NCBI GenBank assembly: GCA_033763455.1
Contig: JANRKO010000023.1
Coordinates: forward strand, 1-64,000
DNA: 64,000 nt
Source of the DNA: Polyangiaceae bacterium
GTDB lineage: Bacteria; Myxococcota_A; Polyangia; Polyangiales; Polyangiaceae
Reading direction: 5' to 3'
Position numbers and translations under genes: made by a program. The notes beneath the pieces are model-generated. The model worked only from the letters and a program-made list of their open reading frames with translations. It was not told the origin of the DNA and made no database searches. Shown here piece by piece: positions 1 through 9,159 of this stretch. Each line of letters begins with the position of its first letter. Position 1 is the first letter of the stretch.

Positions 1-424
1 CGACCTGTACTCGCGGCGCGTCGTGGGCTGGGCGTTGCGAAAGTCACTCAGTCGCGACCTAGCCGTAGCCGCGCTAGACCACGCGCTGATCTGCCGCAGA
101 CCACCGCCTGGCCTCGTCCACCACACCGATCGCGGAAGTCAATACGCAAGTCGCGACTACCGCGGCCTGCTTCATCGCCACGGTGCAGCTTGCAGCATGA
201 GCGCCGCCGGCAACTGCTACGACAACGCCGTCGCTGAGAGCTTCTTCGCGACTCTCAAGAAGGAGCTCGGGTACGGTTGCGCATTCGAAACCCGATCAGA
301 AGCGTACGACGCAATTAGCCGCTACATCGAAAACTACTACAACGCGAAGCGGCGCCATTCCGCCGCAGGAAACCAATCACCCATCAACTTCGAGCTGGCG
401 TATTCCGCCCAGCTTGCGGCATAA
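1..424 (+). CDS. IS3-family transposase OrfB, C-terminal part (5' end outside window)
   Basis: HHTDRGSQY, GNCYDNAVAESFFATLKKE and YYNAKRRHS motifs typical of IS3 DDE integrase cores. Confidence 0.92.
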   Translation, partial: DLYSRRVVGWALRKSLSRDLAVAALDHALICRRPPPGLVHHTDRGSQYASRDYRGLLHRHGAACSMSAAGNCYDNAVAESFFATLKKELGYGCAFETRSEAYDAISRYIENYYNAKRRHSAAGNQSPINFELAYSAQLAA

Positions 425-1222
425 TCACATCAACAATCTGTCCGGAAAATCCGGGAAACTCCAGACGTGCCCCGGGGCCCTTCCAGCAAGCACGCGTTTT
501 CGGAACTCACGCGGACCCAGGCCGTACTCTTTGCTAAAACGGCTAGAGAAATGGAATGGGCTTTCGAAGCCGCACTGATCGGCGACACTCATGACAGTGA
601 GATTGGTTCGGGCAAGCAGGCCAGCTGCTCGCTCCAAGCGAATGAGCATCATCAACTGATGAGGCGTGAAGCCCAACTCGGCTTTCAAGGTTCGAATTAA
701 GTGGCCCTCCGAAAACCCCGACTTCTTAGCCAGCTCGCGAACTTGAAAGGGAACGAGCTTGCGGCCCGACCATGCTCGCTTGAGGCAGCGCAGTGTCGCG
801 GCAACCACGGTGTGCTCACTCGGCAAATCTTCCCCTCCCACCCCAAAGGATCGAAACACAAACATCAAAAGCGCCTGACGCAGGCTATGTTCAACCAACA
901 TCGGAGAGACAGCATTGGGGTTTCGCAGCGACCACAATACGTGCGCGAGAAGCGGCCCGAGCGCGTTCGGTTCGGTTGCTGGAAGTTTTAGCGGCCAGTC
1001 CCATTCGGATGGCAGCGCGTGCGTAGGATCTTCAATCGTAAAGTGCACGTAACCATGATGCGTGCGTCTTCTAGGATCCCACACAAACGAATCTCGCATA
1101 CCGGGGCGCGCTAGTATTATCGAGCCCGTAGGCATTGGTACTTCGTACACACCTGTGTTCCACTGCACATCACCACTTACGATCCAAACGAACTCGTAGT
1201 CCGAAAGCAGGCGCGGCCCAAA
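425..1222 (-). pseudogene. AraC-family transcriptional regulator, apparently 5'-truncated, with an IS-derived C-terminal tail
   Basis: C-terminal HTH (VADQCGFESPFHFSSRFSKEYGLGPREFR). The frame continues upstream of the called GTG (FGPRLLSDYEFVWIVSGD) but reaches a stop without an ATG/GTG/TTG. The last 12 codons lie in the IS. Confidence 0.65.
438..463. repeat. Putative right terminal inverted repeat of the IS3 element
   Basis: Reverse complement TGGAGTTTCCCGGATTTTCCGGACAG begins with TG and lies just after the transposase stop; the left IR is outside the window. Confidence 0.7.
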
Positions 1223-1224
1223 CA

Positions 1225-1518
1225 GAAATCCCGGTAGAAGTGGCTGCTGGGTCCGTAGTGTTTTTCAATGGCTACCTGTTACATCGCTCCAAGAAAAATA
1301 ACTCCGGGCGCCCGCGACGGGCCCTAGTTAGCCACTATATGACTGGCCAATCACTCCTTCCGTGGGGCGTCGCACGCGAAGCGGCCGAAGGGTTGTTGGA
1401 CAACCGCCGCATAATCTCCGTTTTGGGCAAAGACCCTTATCACTTCAAAGCCACGCTCGGGTTTGAAACGAGCCAAGTTCACCTGCGTGCAGAAACATCA
1501 GAAACGAAGATGGCCTAG
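1225..1518 (+). pseudogene. Phytanoyl-CoA dioxygenase (PhyH)-family C-terminal fragment
   Basis: EIPVEVAAGSVVFFNGYLLHRS...RRALVSHY holds the distal His and the 2-oxoglutarate Arg; the N-terminal HxD half is missing. Confidence 0.7.
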
Positions 1519-1549
1519 CGCAGTACGCGCATTGATCTCTCCGCGCGAT

Positions 1550-2758
1550 TTACGGTGCGGCCAGAGCCAGCGTCGGCACGGAGCGGCGCTCAACATCCCC
1601 CACACCTAGCTGACCGCTATTGTTTTCTCCAGTGCAGAAAAGACCCGCATCTCGCTGCCACCCGCACGTAAAGAAGCGACCGACGGCGACAGCTTCCCAT
1701 GTGAGCAGGCTATTAAACGGGGCAGGCAGCGACCTTGGGGTGGGATCGGAAACGCCAAGCTGGCCTTCAATGCTACGCCCCCAGCACCACAGATTACCCT
1801 CGGGAGTGCTTCGTTGCACACACGTGTGAAATGTATCGAGCGCAAGTTGGCGAAAATCTGTGCCCATGGTGACCCGCGTGGGCAAGGATAATGTTTGCAT
1901 GGATAACCCGAGCCCCAACTGCCCCATGTCCCCTCCCCAGCACCAGAGTTCACCGGCACCCCGAATACCGCAGGAGTAGGACTGCCCAGCGGCTACCTCG
2001 CGCCAATCCGTGGCCACGCCTACTTGGTTGGGGACGCGGATTTGCCCAGGATCAATACCTCCTGAGCCGAGCTCACCCTCCGTGTTTCGCCCCCAACACC
2101 AAAGCGCACCGGTGCGACCAATGGCGCACGTGTGCCCTTGGCCCGTAGCAACGCCCACCCATCCGCCATCCACTGAGGGAACTTCCCGCGGGCTGGGCTC
2201 GGGCGCACCGGGGAAGACGCCGCCCAAACCCAATTGCCCTTCCGTATTCTCCCCCCAACACCAAAGGCTTTCGTCTTTGAGAACGGCGCAGGCGTGGTTG
2301 AACTTCAGTGCTATCGAGCTAACCGGCCCAGGCAAGGCAGCCTTGCGCGGAGCTAAGCCTTTTTCAAAATCCGACGTACCCAACTGCCCCTGGGAGTTAT
2401 CGCCCCAACACCACACCTCCCCGCCCACGCTCAGGCCGCAACTGCTGCCACCTCCAGCAACCACGTCCTGCCACTCTGTCGCCGTGACAAGTACGCGCGG
2501 AGCCCACTCCGAGGCAGCGCCACCGCCAACCTGACCGTGATCGTTTTTTCCCCAACACAGCAGCACACTGTCCTTCACGGCACAAGCATGTTCGGTGCCG
2601 GCTGCCACTCGACGAATCCGCATTGGCAAAGAAGCCGCTGGAGTGATCGCCGAGAGCACCTCCCCTCGGTCATCACAACCTGCGGCAAGGATGACCAGCA
2701 ACCCGACCCAGAGCACTCCGAAACAGTGGTGCCGGTGCCGGATATTCGCTCGCCGCAT
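1550..2758 (-). CDS. RCC1-repeat (beta-propeller) lipoprotein
   Basis: About seven WCWGxNxxGQLG-type repeats; hydrophobic segment plus AAGC lipobox. Confidence 0.88.
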   Translation of the reverse strand: MRRANIRHRHHCFGVLWVGLLVILAAGCDDRGEVLSAITPAASLPMRIRRVAAGTEHACAVKDSVLLCWGKNDHGQVGGGAASEWAPRVLVTATEWQDVVAGGGSSCGLSVGGEVWCWGDNSQGQLGTSDFEKGLAPRKAALPGPVSSIALKFNHACAVLKDESLWCWGENTEGQLGLGGVFPGAPEPSPREVPSVDGGWVGVATGQGHTCAIGRTGALWCWGRNTEGELGSGGIDPGQIRVPNQVGVATDWREVAAGQSYSCGIRGAGELWCWGGDMGQLGLGLSMQTLSLPTRVTMGTDFRQLALDTFHTCVQRSTPEGNLWCWGRSIEGQLGVSDPTPRSLPAPFNSLLTWEAVAVGRFFTCGWQRDAGLFCTGENNSGQLGVGDVERRSVPTLALAAP

Positions 2759-2794
2759 TTCTCGGACGAGGTTACCCGAGGATCTGCTAAAGAT

Positions 2795-3502
2795 TCAACC
2801 GACGCTTACCCTCGGGCGCCGCGCGTCAAATTGAGGGCTATCGCCGGTTTCGGCGTTGCTATTGTGCTCAATGAGCGAAACCAAGAAAGGAAGGAGCTGT
2901 GCCTCATACGCCGATGCTTCCGCTAGCTCTTGGGGCGGCACATGCACAAAGCCTACGCGATTGATTGGCATCTCCAGGCATCGGTAGAGGGTGGCGTTAC
3001 ACAGAAAATCACCAGCGTCTTCGCTTAACACCAGGGGAAGCGTGAGCGCTTTCGGACGACGAAAGCGGTAACGAAAACGAGCATTTACGACATCGGGGCC
3101 GTCCATCTCAACCCAGCCATTTTCTGGGGCCGCACCACGCTCATCCACGCCCGAACGAGCATTTCGCGCCGTTCTTTCCAAAGCTACCTGAGCCGGCTTA
3201 CCTTCGCCGATGGCTAGAACCAGCGTCGGACCAAAACTTCTGAGCTTGGGCATGAGCACCTGCTCCACGCTGCTCCATACCACTGGCAAGATCGCGACCT
3301 CCACAGTCGCTCCCCGCAAGCCGGTTCTTTGGAGTGCACGCACAAGGGTTTCTGACCCATTATGGAGACGCCCGCGAAACGGTGCGAACCCGACAAGGAG
3401 GATGCGTTCCTTTGCGGGCGGCGCTTTTTTGACCTCACCCGTGAAATATTTACCATCTGCACAGCCCACAGGATCCCCGAACGGTGATGTAGTATTGCTC
3501 AT
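2795..3502 (-). CDS. pcp: Pyroglutamyl-peptidase I (peptidase C15)
   Basis: LLVGFAPF..N.S; ALERTARN (Glu), DAGDFLCN (Cys) and GFVHVP (His) triad. Confidence 0.88.
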   Translation of the reverse strand: MSNTTSPFGDPVGCADGKYFTGEVKKAPPAKERILLVGFAPFRGRLHNGSETLVRALQRTGLRGATVEVAILPVVWSSVEQVLMPKLRSFGPTLVLAIGEGKPAQVALERTARNARSGVDERGAAPENGWVEMDGPDVVNARFRYRFRRPKALTLPLVLSEDAGDFLCNATLYRCLEMPINRVGFVHVPPQELAEASAYEAQLLPFLVSLIEHNSNAETGDSPQFDARRPRVSVG

Positions 3503-3691
3503 GGCTCAGCAACCTTCGAGGATAGCCCAGATGCAAAAGACTGGTCCCGATAGGCCTTTCGGACGTGGATGCTAGCAGCTCAGAATACGCTGGGCATGGC
3601 AGTAATTGCTAATCCGCAACCAAACGGTACCAACACATGGACTATTTTATCTCAGGAATGGACACACAATTCGCGTGGAGCCCCGAGGCGC

Positions 3692-4681
3692 TTATAGCTG
3701 GTCAACTCGGAGGCCACGCCGCGCGAGCTCTTCCAGAATCCCGCCTTTGCCAACGAGCAGTGATACGTCGACCACTGCAAACGTGTTGCCCGGTTGCTGA
3801 GACAGCTCAAGGAGTGAGAGAGCGAAGCTTCGACAGCGAGGAAGCCAAAGCTCGGCAAAAACGTCTGGGAATTCAGCACGGAGGCGCCCGTCTAGTGCAT
3901 TCGCGACGACCTCTGCGCGCCGCTCACGCCAGGCGCCTGACGCCTCCTCAAGTACTCTTTTCATGCGAGGCAAGTTTTCAAGAACACTTTGAAGCCTTCG
4001 CTCAGCGAGTTCATCGCTGAGGTTCTGCAACTCACGCACCTGCTGTTCAGGTGTTGTGAGCGCAACAACAGCTTTGCCGACAGCCCTATCCAAGAAATGG
4101 GATTCGAGGCTTTGGTCCGCATCTGCCCCAATGTATTCGAGCTGCCCAAGCTCCAGATTCAGAGCGATGAACCAGGGGCGGAACCCACCGAGGGCATCGC
4201 GGGCCTGCTCCGAGCCCAATACAGCCGATAGGCTCTCCCAAGTGCCTGCGGACAGGTGCCCTTTCAGCGTGTCGGGATCCGAATACCGCGCGGCAGCAAC
4301 CAACCGCTCCGCCGCACGCTCTTTCTCTGCCTCTGGTACATGCACCTCAACCGTAAGCCGAGTCGAGCGTGCAAACGCTTCCTCAATCCTCGGATCCAGG
4401 GGAAAGAAGTTAGAACCCACAACCGGGAGGCTACCCAGCACGTAGAGGCTGCCGAGCTTGCCACGAGCGCGCCAGAAAAGACCATGAACCCTGGACGCAG
4501 CTGGGACGCCGCCGACATCAGTAGCAGGAGTGTTCGCCTCGTGCTGGGAAGAAACACGAGGATTAGGCGCTCCTCCCGCGTGTGAAACGCTGCAGCTAGA
4601 AACTGAAACGAGCAGCCCCCAGACTGCCAAGCAGCTCACCCACCGCGCAGCGGGAGAAGCCTTCAATCGACGTCCTCCCAC
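3692..4681 (-). CDS. TraB/GumN (Tiki)-family lipoprotein with degenerate active-site motifs
   Basis: LFW...LYVLGSL, RPWF, TPEQQ, LVGKGGILEEL..RG..V layout of TraB/GumN; signal peptide ending in Cys. Confidence 0.8.
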   Translation of the reverse strand: MGGRRLKASPAARWVSCLAVWGLLVSVSSCSVSHAGGAPNPRVSSQHEANTPATDVGGVPAASRVHGLFWRARGKLGSLYVLGSLPVVGSNFFPLDPRIEEAFARSTRLTVEVHVPEAEKERAAERLVAAARYSDPDTLKGHLSAGTWESLSAVLGSEQARDALGGFRPWFIALNLELGQLEYIGADADQSLESHFLDRAVGKAVVALTTPEQQVRELQNLSDELAERRLQSVLENLPRMKRVLEEASGAWRERRAEVVANALDGRLRAEFPDVFAELWLPRCRSFALSLLELSQQPGNTFAVVDVSLLVGKGGILEELARRGLRVDQL

Positions 4682-5037
4682 TCATCCCCGTAGTGGAACG
4701 TCACTTCGGTGCCCGGCTTGATGGTCTTTCTAGCGTAAACTTCGATACCATCCACCTCTGCCGTGGGGCGTGACGAGTGGTTCATGTAGCGAAGCTCGTT
4801 CTTACCGTGAACGCCGAGGTACTTTCCGTTTTCCATCGGGACCCAAAGCACGTGAGTGCCATCACGCAGGGTGACCTCCCCTTCGTACGTGCCAATCCTG
4901 GCTCCCTTCCTGATGGTGGTACGGGCAAAAACGCCACGCCCATGGATCAGACTGCGTTTTACTTCAATCAACTGCAAAAGTTTTGAGTTCACGTTTTTAG
5001 CTTGTTTCACGCGGTCAGGGTTTCTCACAGGTACCAA
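4663..5037 (-). CDS. Small SET-domain protein (putative lysine methyltransferase)
   Basis: S.IHGRGVFA, RYMNHS and GTEVTFHYG SET motifs. Confidence 0.88.
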   Translation of the reverse strand: MVPVRNPDRVKQAKNVNSKLLQLIEVKRSLIHGRGVFARTTIRKGARIGTYEGEVTLRDGTHVLWVPMENGKYLGVHGKNELRYMNHSSRPTAEVDGIEVYARKTIKPGTEVTFHYGDEWEDVD

Positions 5038-5086
5038 CTCCTATGGCCTCACGCGCGCGGCTTGTACAGAAAGTTCCCAGGCTTGG

Positions 5087-6181
5087 CTAGGGCTTTTGAC
5101 TTGCCTCGGGCAGAGCGGGTTCCTGGTAGGTGTAGTGAGAGCCCACCTCAAGTTCAGCACCTACGTCAACGCGGGCATCGCTTGGAAAACCTTTCGGGCT
5201 ACCCTTACCGTGGCCTTTTAGCGTGACATCCAGAAGGCGAAGGCTTGAGCTATCCACCCAGGCGTCCCCTTTCATCTCTGCCTCGATATCGATGCCGCCC
5301 TCCCCTAGTGAAAAATCCAACTGAACACTGGCTCGCACAGCATCTTTGCCCCCATGCTTCCCAACCTCCTCCACAGTGGCCTCCGCGCGTTTGATTTTCA
5401 TCTTCTCAGTGGAGCCGAACATCTTCTGGAAAATGTCCGCATTTAGCTGAACGCGTTGACCCTTCACTATCGGCGCCCCATTGGCTGCGCTCCCGAGCAG
5501 GCTTAGCGCGTAGAACCCCCGAGCTTCGGCCGCAATCTCGCGCTCTTCTTCGTCGGGTGGGCGAGACCCGCTCGCACTTCGCACATCAGGAACTCCCCCT
5601 TGCATGCGAACTGAATAACGTTTGCCGTCGGTTTCTTCGGGCTTGGTCTTGGAGGTGCCCATGCCGTTGGCTTCAAGGCGCGCATCTGAGTGCGCGATAT
5701 CGAATTCGGTGGGAACTCCTTTATCTACGGCTTTTATCTCCAACACGCTTTTGCGTCGAGCCACTACGGACATCGCGATAGGGGGCCGGTTATCAACCGC
5801 CACGGTTATCTTCATCGCGAAGCTGAAGTGCGATTCTTCGGTCATCACCCAGCCTTTGGCAAGAGGCCTGAAGACGTAGTGCGGTGCGCTTGGCGGCGGG
5901 GTAGGTACGGACACAGGCTCCGGCCCGGTCGTCAGCACTGGGATCGTTTCGGAAGCGTCCTCAGGTTCTGCGGACGCTTGTAGCTGCTCCGGAGCCTCCC
6001 CAACTGCGGCATCATGGTTCGCCTTCGGCTTCTCACTTACAGGCGGCGCCAAAGCGACATCGTACTCAATCCCACCAAGTGGCGTGCTACTCGGAACCTG
6101 CGAGCGGCAGCCCCAGAGCAAGGCGACGCCCACAACAACAAGGCGACCCCCTTGGGCGAGACGGCCGTTGCGTGTGCTCAT
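5087..6181 (-). CDS. Hypothetical lipoprotein
   Basis: Long ORF; hydrophobic stretch with LWGC lipobox, Pro-rich linker, beta-rich C-terminal domain; ATG at 6181 preferred. Confidence 0.65.
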   Translation of the reverse strand: MSTRNGRLAQGGRLVVVGVALLWGCRSQVPSSTPLGGIEYDVALAPPVSEKPKANHDAAVGEAPEQLQASAEPEDASETIPVLTTGPEPVSVPTPPPSAPHYVFRPLAKGWVMTEESHFSFAMKITVAVDNRPPIAMSVVARRKSVLEIKAVDKGVPTEFDIAHSDARLEANGMGTSKTKPEETDGKRYSVRMQGGVPDVRSASGSRPPDEEEREIAAEARGFYALSLLGSAANGAPIVKGQRVQLNADIFQKMFGSTEKMKIKRAEATVEEVGKHGGKDAVRASVQLDFSLGEGGIDIEAEMKGDAWVDSSSLRLLDVTLKGHGKGSPKGFPSDARVDVGAELEVGSHYTYQEPALPEASQKP

Positions 6182-6247
6182 GCACCCCACACTAGTCGGT
6201 AGGGCTCGGATTGTCACCCAACCGAACGCCTACGCAAACGTGGAGTG

Positions 6248-7558
6248 TTAACCGGTTTGGAATAGCTTATTGTAATAGGTCTGGATCTTCTCGTTATTCA
6301 CGTAGGCCCAAAAGGCACTCACACCAAGCCACATGGCCAGGCCGTTCAGATCTTGGAACATGGGCGGCATGTAACGCGGTACGGCAACCACCCCTTCGTG
6401 GGCTCGGGCCGCTAAGATCGGAATATCCTCCAAGGCCACCTTGCCGGCGAAGAGCCAACGGATCAGATCAGGGCGCCCACCAGTGATGGCACTCCTTAGA
6501 AAATTGAAATTGCTCACCAAGCCTTTCACGTACGAAACATCTTTGGTGAACGGAGCCGCGCCGCCAACGACGCCACCTCGAAATACTCGCTGGGCACTCC
6601 AGTAGCAGGTGGATTCGTCATAACCTTCGGTTCGAAACCACTCGAATACTTCAAAAAAGGACGCCCCATCCTCAGCTTTGTCAACGGCGAGCGAGCGATC
6701 ATTCAGCCGTCGGGCACGGCGCGGATGGCTACACAACGTCAGCACCTCGGTGAGGGTAGCCAGGCCTTCTTGCGTCGCGGCAACTCGTGGTGGCCCGACG
6801 GCAAGCCAGCGGGCCACCGGCTGCCTCTGGCCGTTCACACTGGTAGCAACATGCACCCAACCTTCATGCACCTCTAGAATTTTGACGTCACGTTCGCTAA
6901 AGCGAGCATCACTCCGAACCTTGATATAATCGGAGCCTGCAGCCGCATCAGCAACGATGCCGTCGTCGAGGATAACTCGCACCATCACATCGTCGAACAC
7001 CTCGGCTAGGCGCCGATTCAGGATCTCAACAGCTTGCTCAGCCGAGAGTGTGAGCTCCGGCACCGGCCCGAGCACCCGATCATCGAGTTGGGTGAGCAGC
7101 TGATACATGCGTTGAGCGACATCGCGCACGGCCGTCTCTCCATCTTGCAGCACATCTTTGGGTGAGCCATAAAGCTCACGGCTCAACGTGTAGAAACGCT
7201 TCGTTCCCCGCGAGCGCAGCATTTCCAGTACGCCGATGTACTGTTCAGCGGTGTGCAGCAAGATCCGCCCTATCGGATCGTCCCCAAGATCGGTGCGCAC
7301 GTCAGAAGCGATCTCCGCAAATTCTCGCTCCTTGGCAGCCAGATCGTAATCTTGGCTCAGGGTAGCGTAGTAAGCGGGATCTAGGGGCGGCAATTCACGC
7401 CACTTAGATTGCCGGAAGGACTCAAACACCGTGGACGGCCACTTGATGGAATTTAAGATCCTGATCGGGCGTTGAGCGTCGACAATCCGCTGTGCCAGTG
7501 ACGCCACAGCCTCCTTGTAGGAGCGCCAAGGCTTCCGAGCTTCGGGAGCAACTGACAT
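6248..7558 (-). CDS. QEGLA-motif (DUF1704) metallopeptidase-like protein
   Basis: HEGWVH (HExxxH), TQEGLA, R.FRG and FTKD.SY motifs. Confidence 0.88.
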   Translation of the reverse strand: MSVAPEARKPWRSYKEAVASLAQRIVDAQRPIRILNSIKWPSTVFESFRQSKWRELPPLDPAYYATLSQDYDLAAKEREFAEIASDVRTDLGDDPIGRILLHTAEQYIGVLEMLRSRGTKRFYTLSRELYGSPKDVLQDGETAVRDVAQRMYQLLTQLDDRVLGPVPELTLSAEQAVEILNRRLAEVFDDVMVRVILDDGIVADAAAGSDYIKVRSDARFSERDVKILEVHEGWVHVATSVNGQRQPVARWLAVGPPRVAATQEGLATLTEVLTLCSHPRRARRLNDRSLAVDKAEDGASFFEVFEWFRTEGYDESTCYWSAQRVFRGGVVGGAAPFTKDVSYVKGLVSNFNFLRSAITGGRPDLIRWLFAGKVALEDIPILAARAHEGVVAVPRYMPPMFQDLNGLAMWLGVSAFWAYVNNEKIQTYYNKLFQTG

Positions 7559-7664
7559 GCCTTCATGCTAGCGCACCTTCGCTGTTCGAGAACCGAGCGC
7601 CACACGTTAAATGGTCATTTTTGGCGTGGGCTTGACGGCAAAAAGCGGCTAAACCCCTCGCCAG

Positions 7665-9107
7665 ATGCCTCCTTCAGTAAGCCCCAGCAAAGTGCTCAAT
7701 GTGCTCGCCACGCGCTACGCCAGCCCGGCAATGGTTGACATCTGGTCGACCGAGAGCAAGGTCGTCTTCGAACGAAAGCTCTGGGTTGCCGTCCTGAAAA
7801 GTCAGCGAAACCTCGGGATCCCTTTGCCTGACGGAGTGATCGAAAGCTACGAGCGAGTCGTCCATCAAGTAGATCTCGCGTCGATTGCACAGCGTGAAAG
7901 GGTCACTCGTCACGACGTCAAAGCCCGAATCGAAGAGTTCTCCGCGCTAGCCGGGCACGAACACATCCACAAGGGCCTCACCTCGCGTGATCTCACCGAA
8001 AACGTAGAGCAGATGCAAATCCGAGCTGGCCTTGTCTTGCTCCGCGATCGAGCGGTCGCCGGTCTTGTGAGGTTGTCGAAGTTGGCTCTGGAACATCAAG
8101 CTCTAGTAATCACGGGCCGGAGCCACAACGTTCCCGCGCAGGCGACGACGCTTGGTAAGCGTTTCGCGAATGCAGGCCAAGAGCTGCTTGTGGCCGTGCA
8201 GCACCTGGAAACCGTGCTGGAAGCGTACCCGCTCAGGGGAATCAAGGGCCCTGTGGGAACTCAGCAAGACATGTTGGATCTGTTCGGTGGGGATGCAAGC
8301 AAACTCGAAAAGCTTGAGCTCACCATCGCTTCGCATCTCGGGTTCAAGCGGGTGTTGAACAATGTTGGTCAAGTTTATCCGCGGTCATTAGATCTCGAAG
8401 TTGTTGCAAGCTTGCTCCAGCTTGCTTCGGGGCCTGCGAATTTCGCGAAGACACTCCGGCTCATGGCCGGGCAGGAGTTGGCAACTGAAGGATTTCAGCC
8501 GGGCCAGGTAGGGTCATCTGCCATGCCGCACAAGATGAATTCTCGCTCTTGCGAGCGTATTTCCGGCTTTGTCGCGATCTTGGGCGGGCACCTCACCATG
8601 GCCTCGGCACTCGTGGGTGACCAATGGAACGAAGGGGATGTTAGCTGCTCGGTGGTACGCCGGGTAATGCTGCCAGATGCATTTTTTGCCTGCGATGGCC
8701 TCTTTGAAACGTTCTTAACCGTCCTGGATGAATTTGGCGTATATCCGAAAGTGGTCGAAGCCGAGCTCTCCCGTTACCTGCCGTTCCTGGCCACCACCAA
8801 AGTGCTGATGGCAGCCGTGTCGGCTGGGGTCGGACGCGAGGTGGCGCACGAAGCCATCAAAGAACACGCCGTCGCAGTCGCTCTCGGCATGCGCCAAGCA
8901 GCCACCCAGGGAAATGACTTGCTGGAACGCCTGGCTAACGATCCACGCCTACCGCTTTCACTTCCAGCACTGAAAGCACTGCTGGCCGAACCATTGAGCT
9001 TCGTTGGAGCGGCCCAAGCTCAGGTTTTGGCCTTCGTGAACGAGACTGAAAAACTTGCCGCGCGGTACCCAGAAGCGGCCGGCTACGTTCCGCATCCTAT
9101 GCTCTAG
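7665..9107 (+). CDS. purB: Adenylosuccinate lyase
   Basis: LATRYAS, TRHDVKA, HKGLTSRD and the GSSAMPHKMN signature. Confidence 0.95.
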   Translation: MPPSVSPSKVLNVLATRYASPAMVDIWSTESKVVFERKLWVAVLKSQRNLGIPLPDGVIESYERVVHQVDLASIAQRERVTRHDVKARIEEFSALAGHEHIHKGLTSRDLTENVEQMQIRAGLVLLRDRAVAGLVRLSKLALEHQALVITGRSHNVPAQATTLGKRFANAGQELLVAVQHLETVLEAYPLRGIKGPVGTQQDMLDLFGGDASKLEKLELTIASHLGFKRVLNNVGQVYPRSLDLEVVASLLQLASGPANFAKTLRLMAGQELATEGFQPGQVGSSAMPHKMNSRSCERISGFVAILGGHLTMASALVGDQWNEGDVSCSVVRRVMLPDAFFACDGLFETFLTVLDEFGVYPKVVEAELSRYLPFLATTKVLMAAVSAGVGREVAHEAIKEHAVAVALGMRQAATQGNDLLERLANDPRLPLSLPALKALLAEPLSFVGAAQAQVLAFVNETEKLAARYPEAAGYVPHPML

Positions 9108-9159
9108 GAAGGCCTTTTCGACGGCGGCTCGCGGCGCCTGGCGTAGGCGGCTAATGGAA

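Larger units (their letters stand above)
1..463 (+). mobile_element. Right end of an IS3-family insertion sequence (runs off the window start)
   Basis: Integrase-core transposase C-terminus, followed by a terminal inverted-repeat-like segment ctgtccggaaaatccgggaaactcca (438-463) ending in CA, as IS3-family ends do. Confidence 0.85.
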
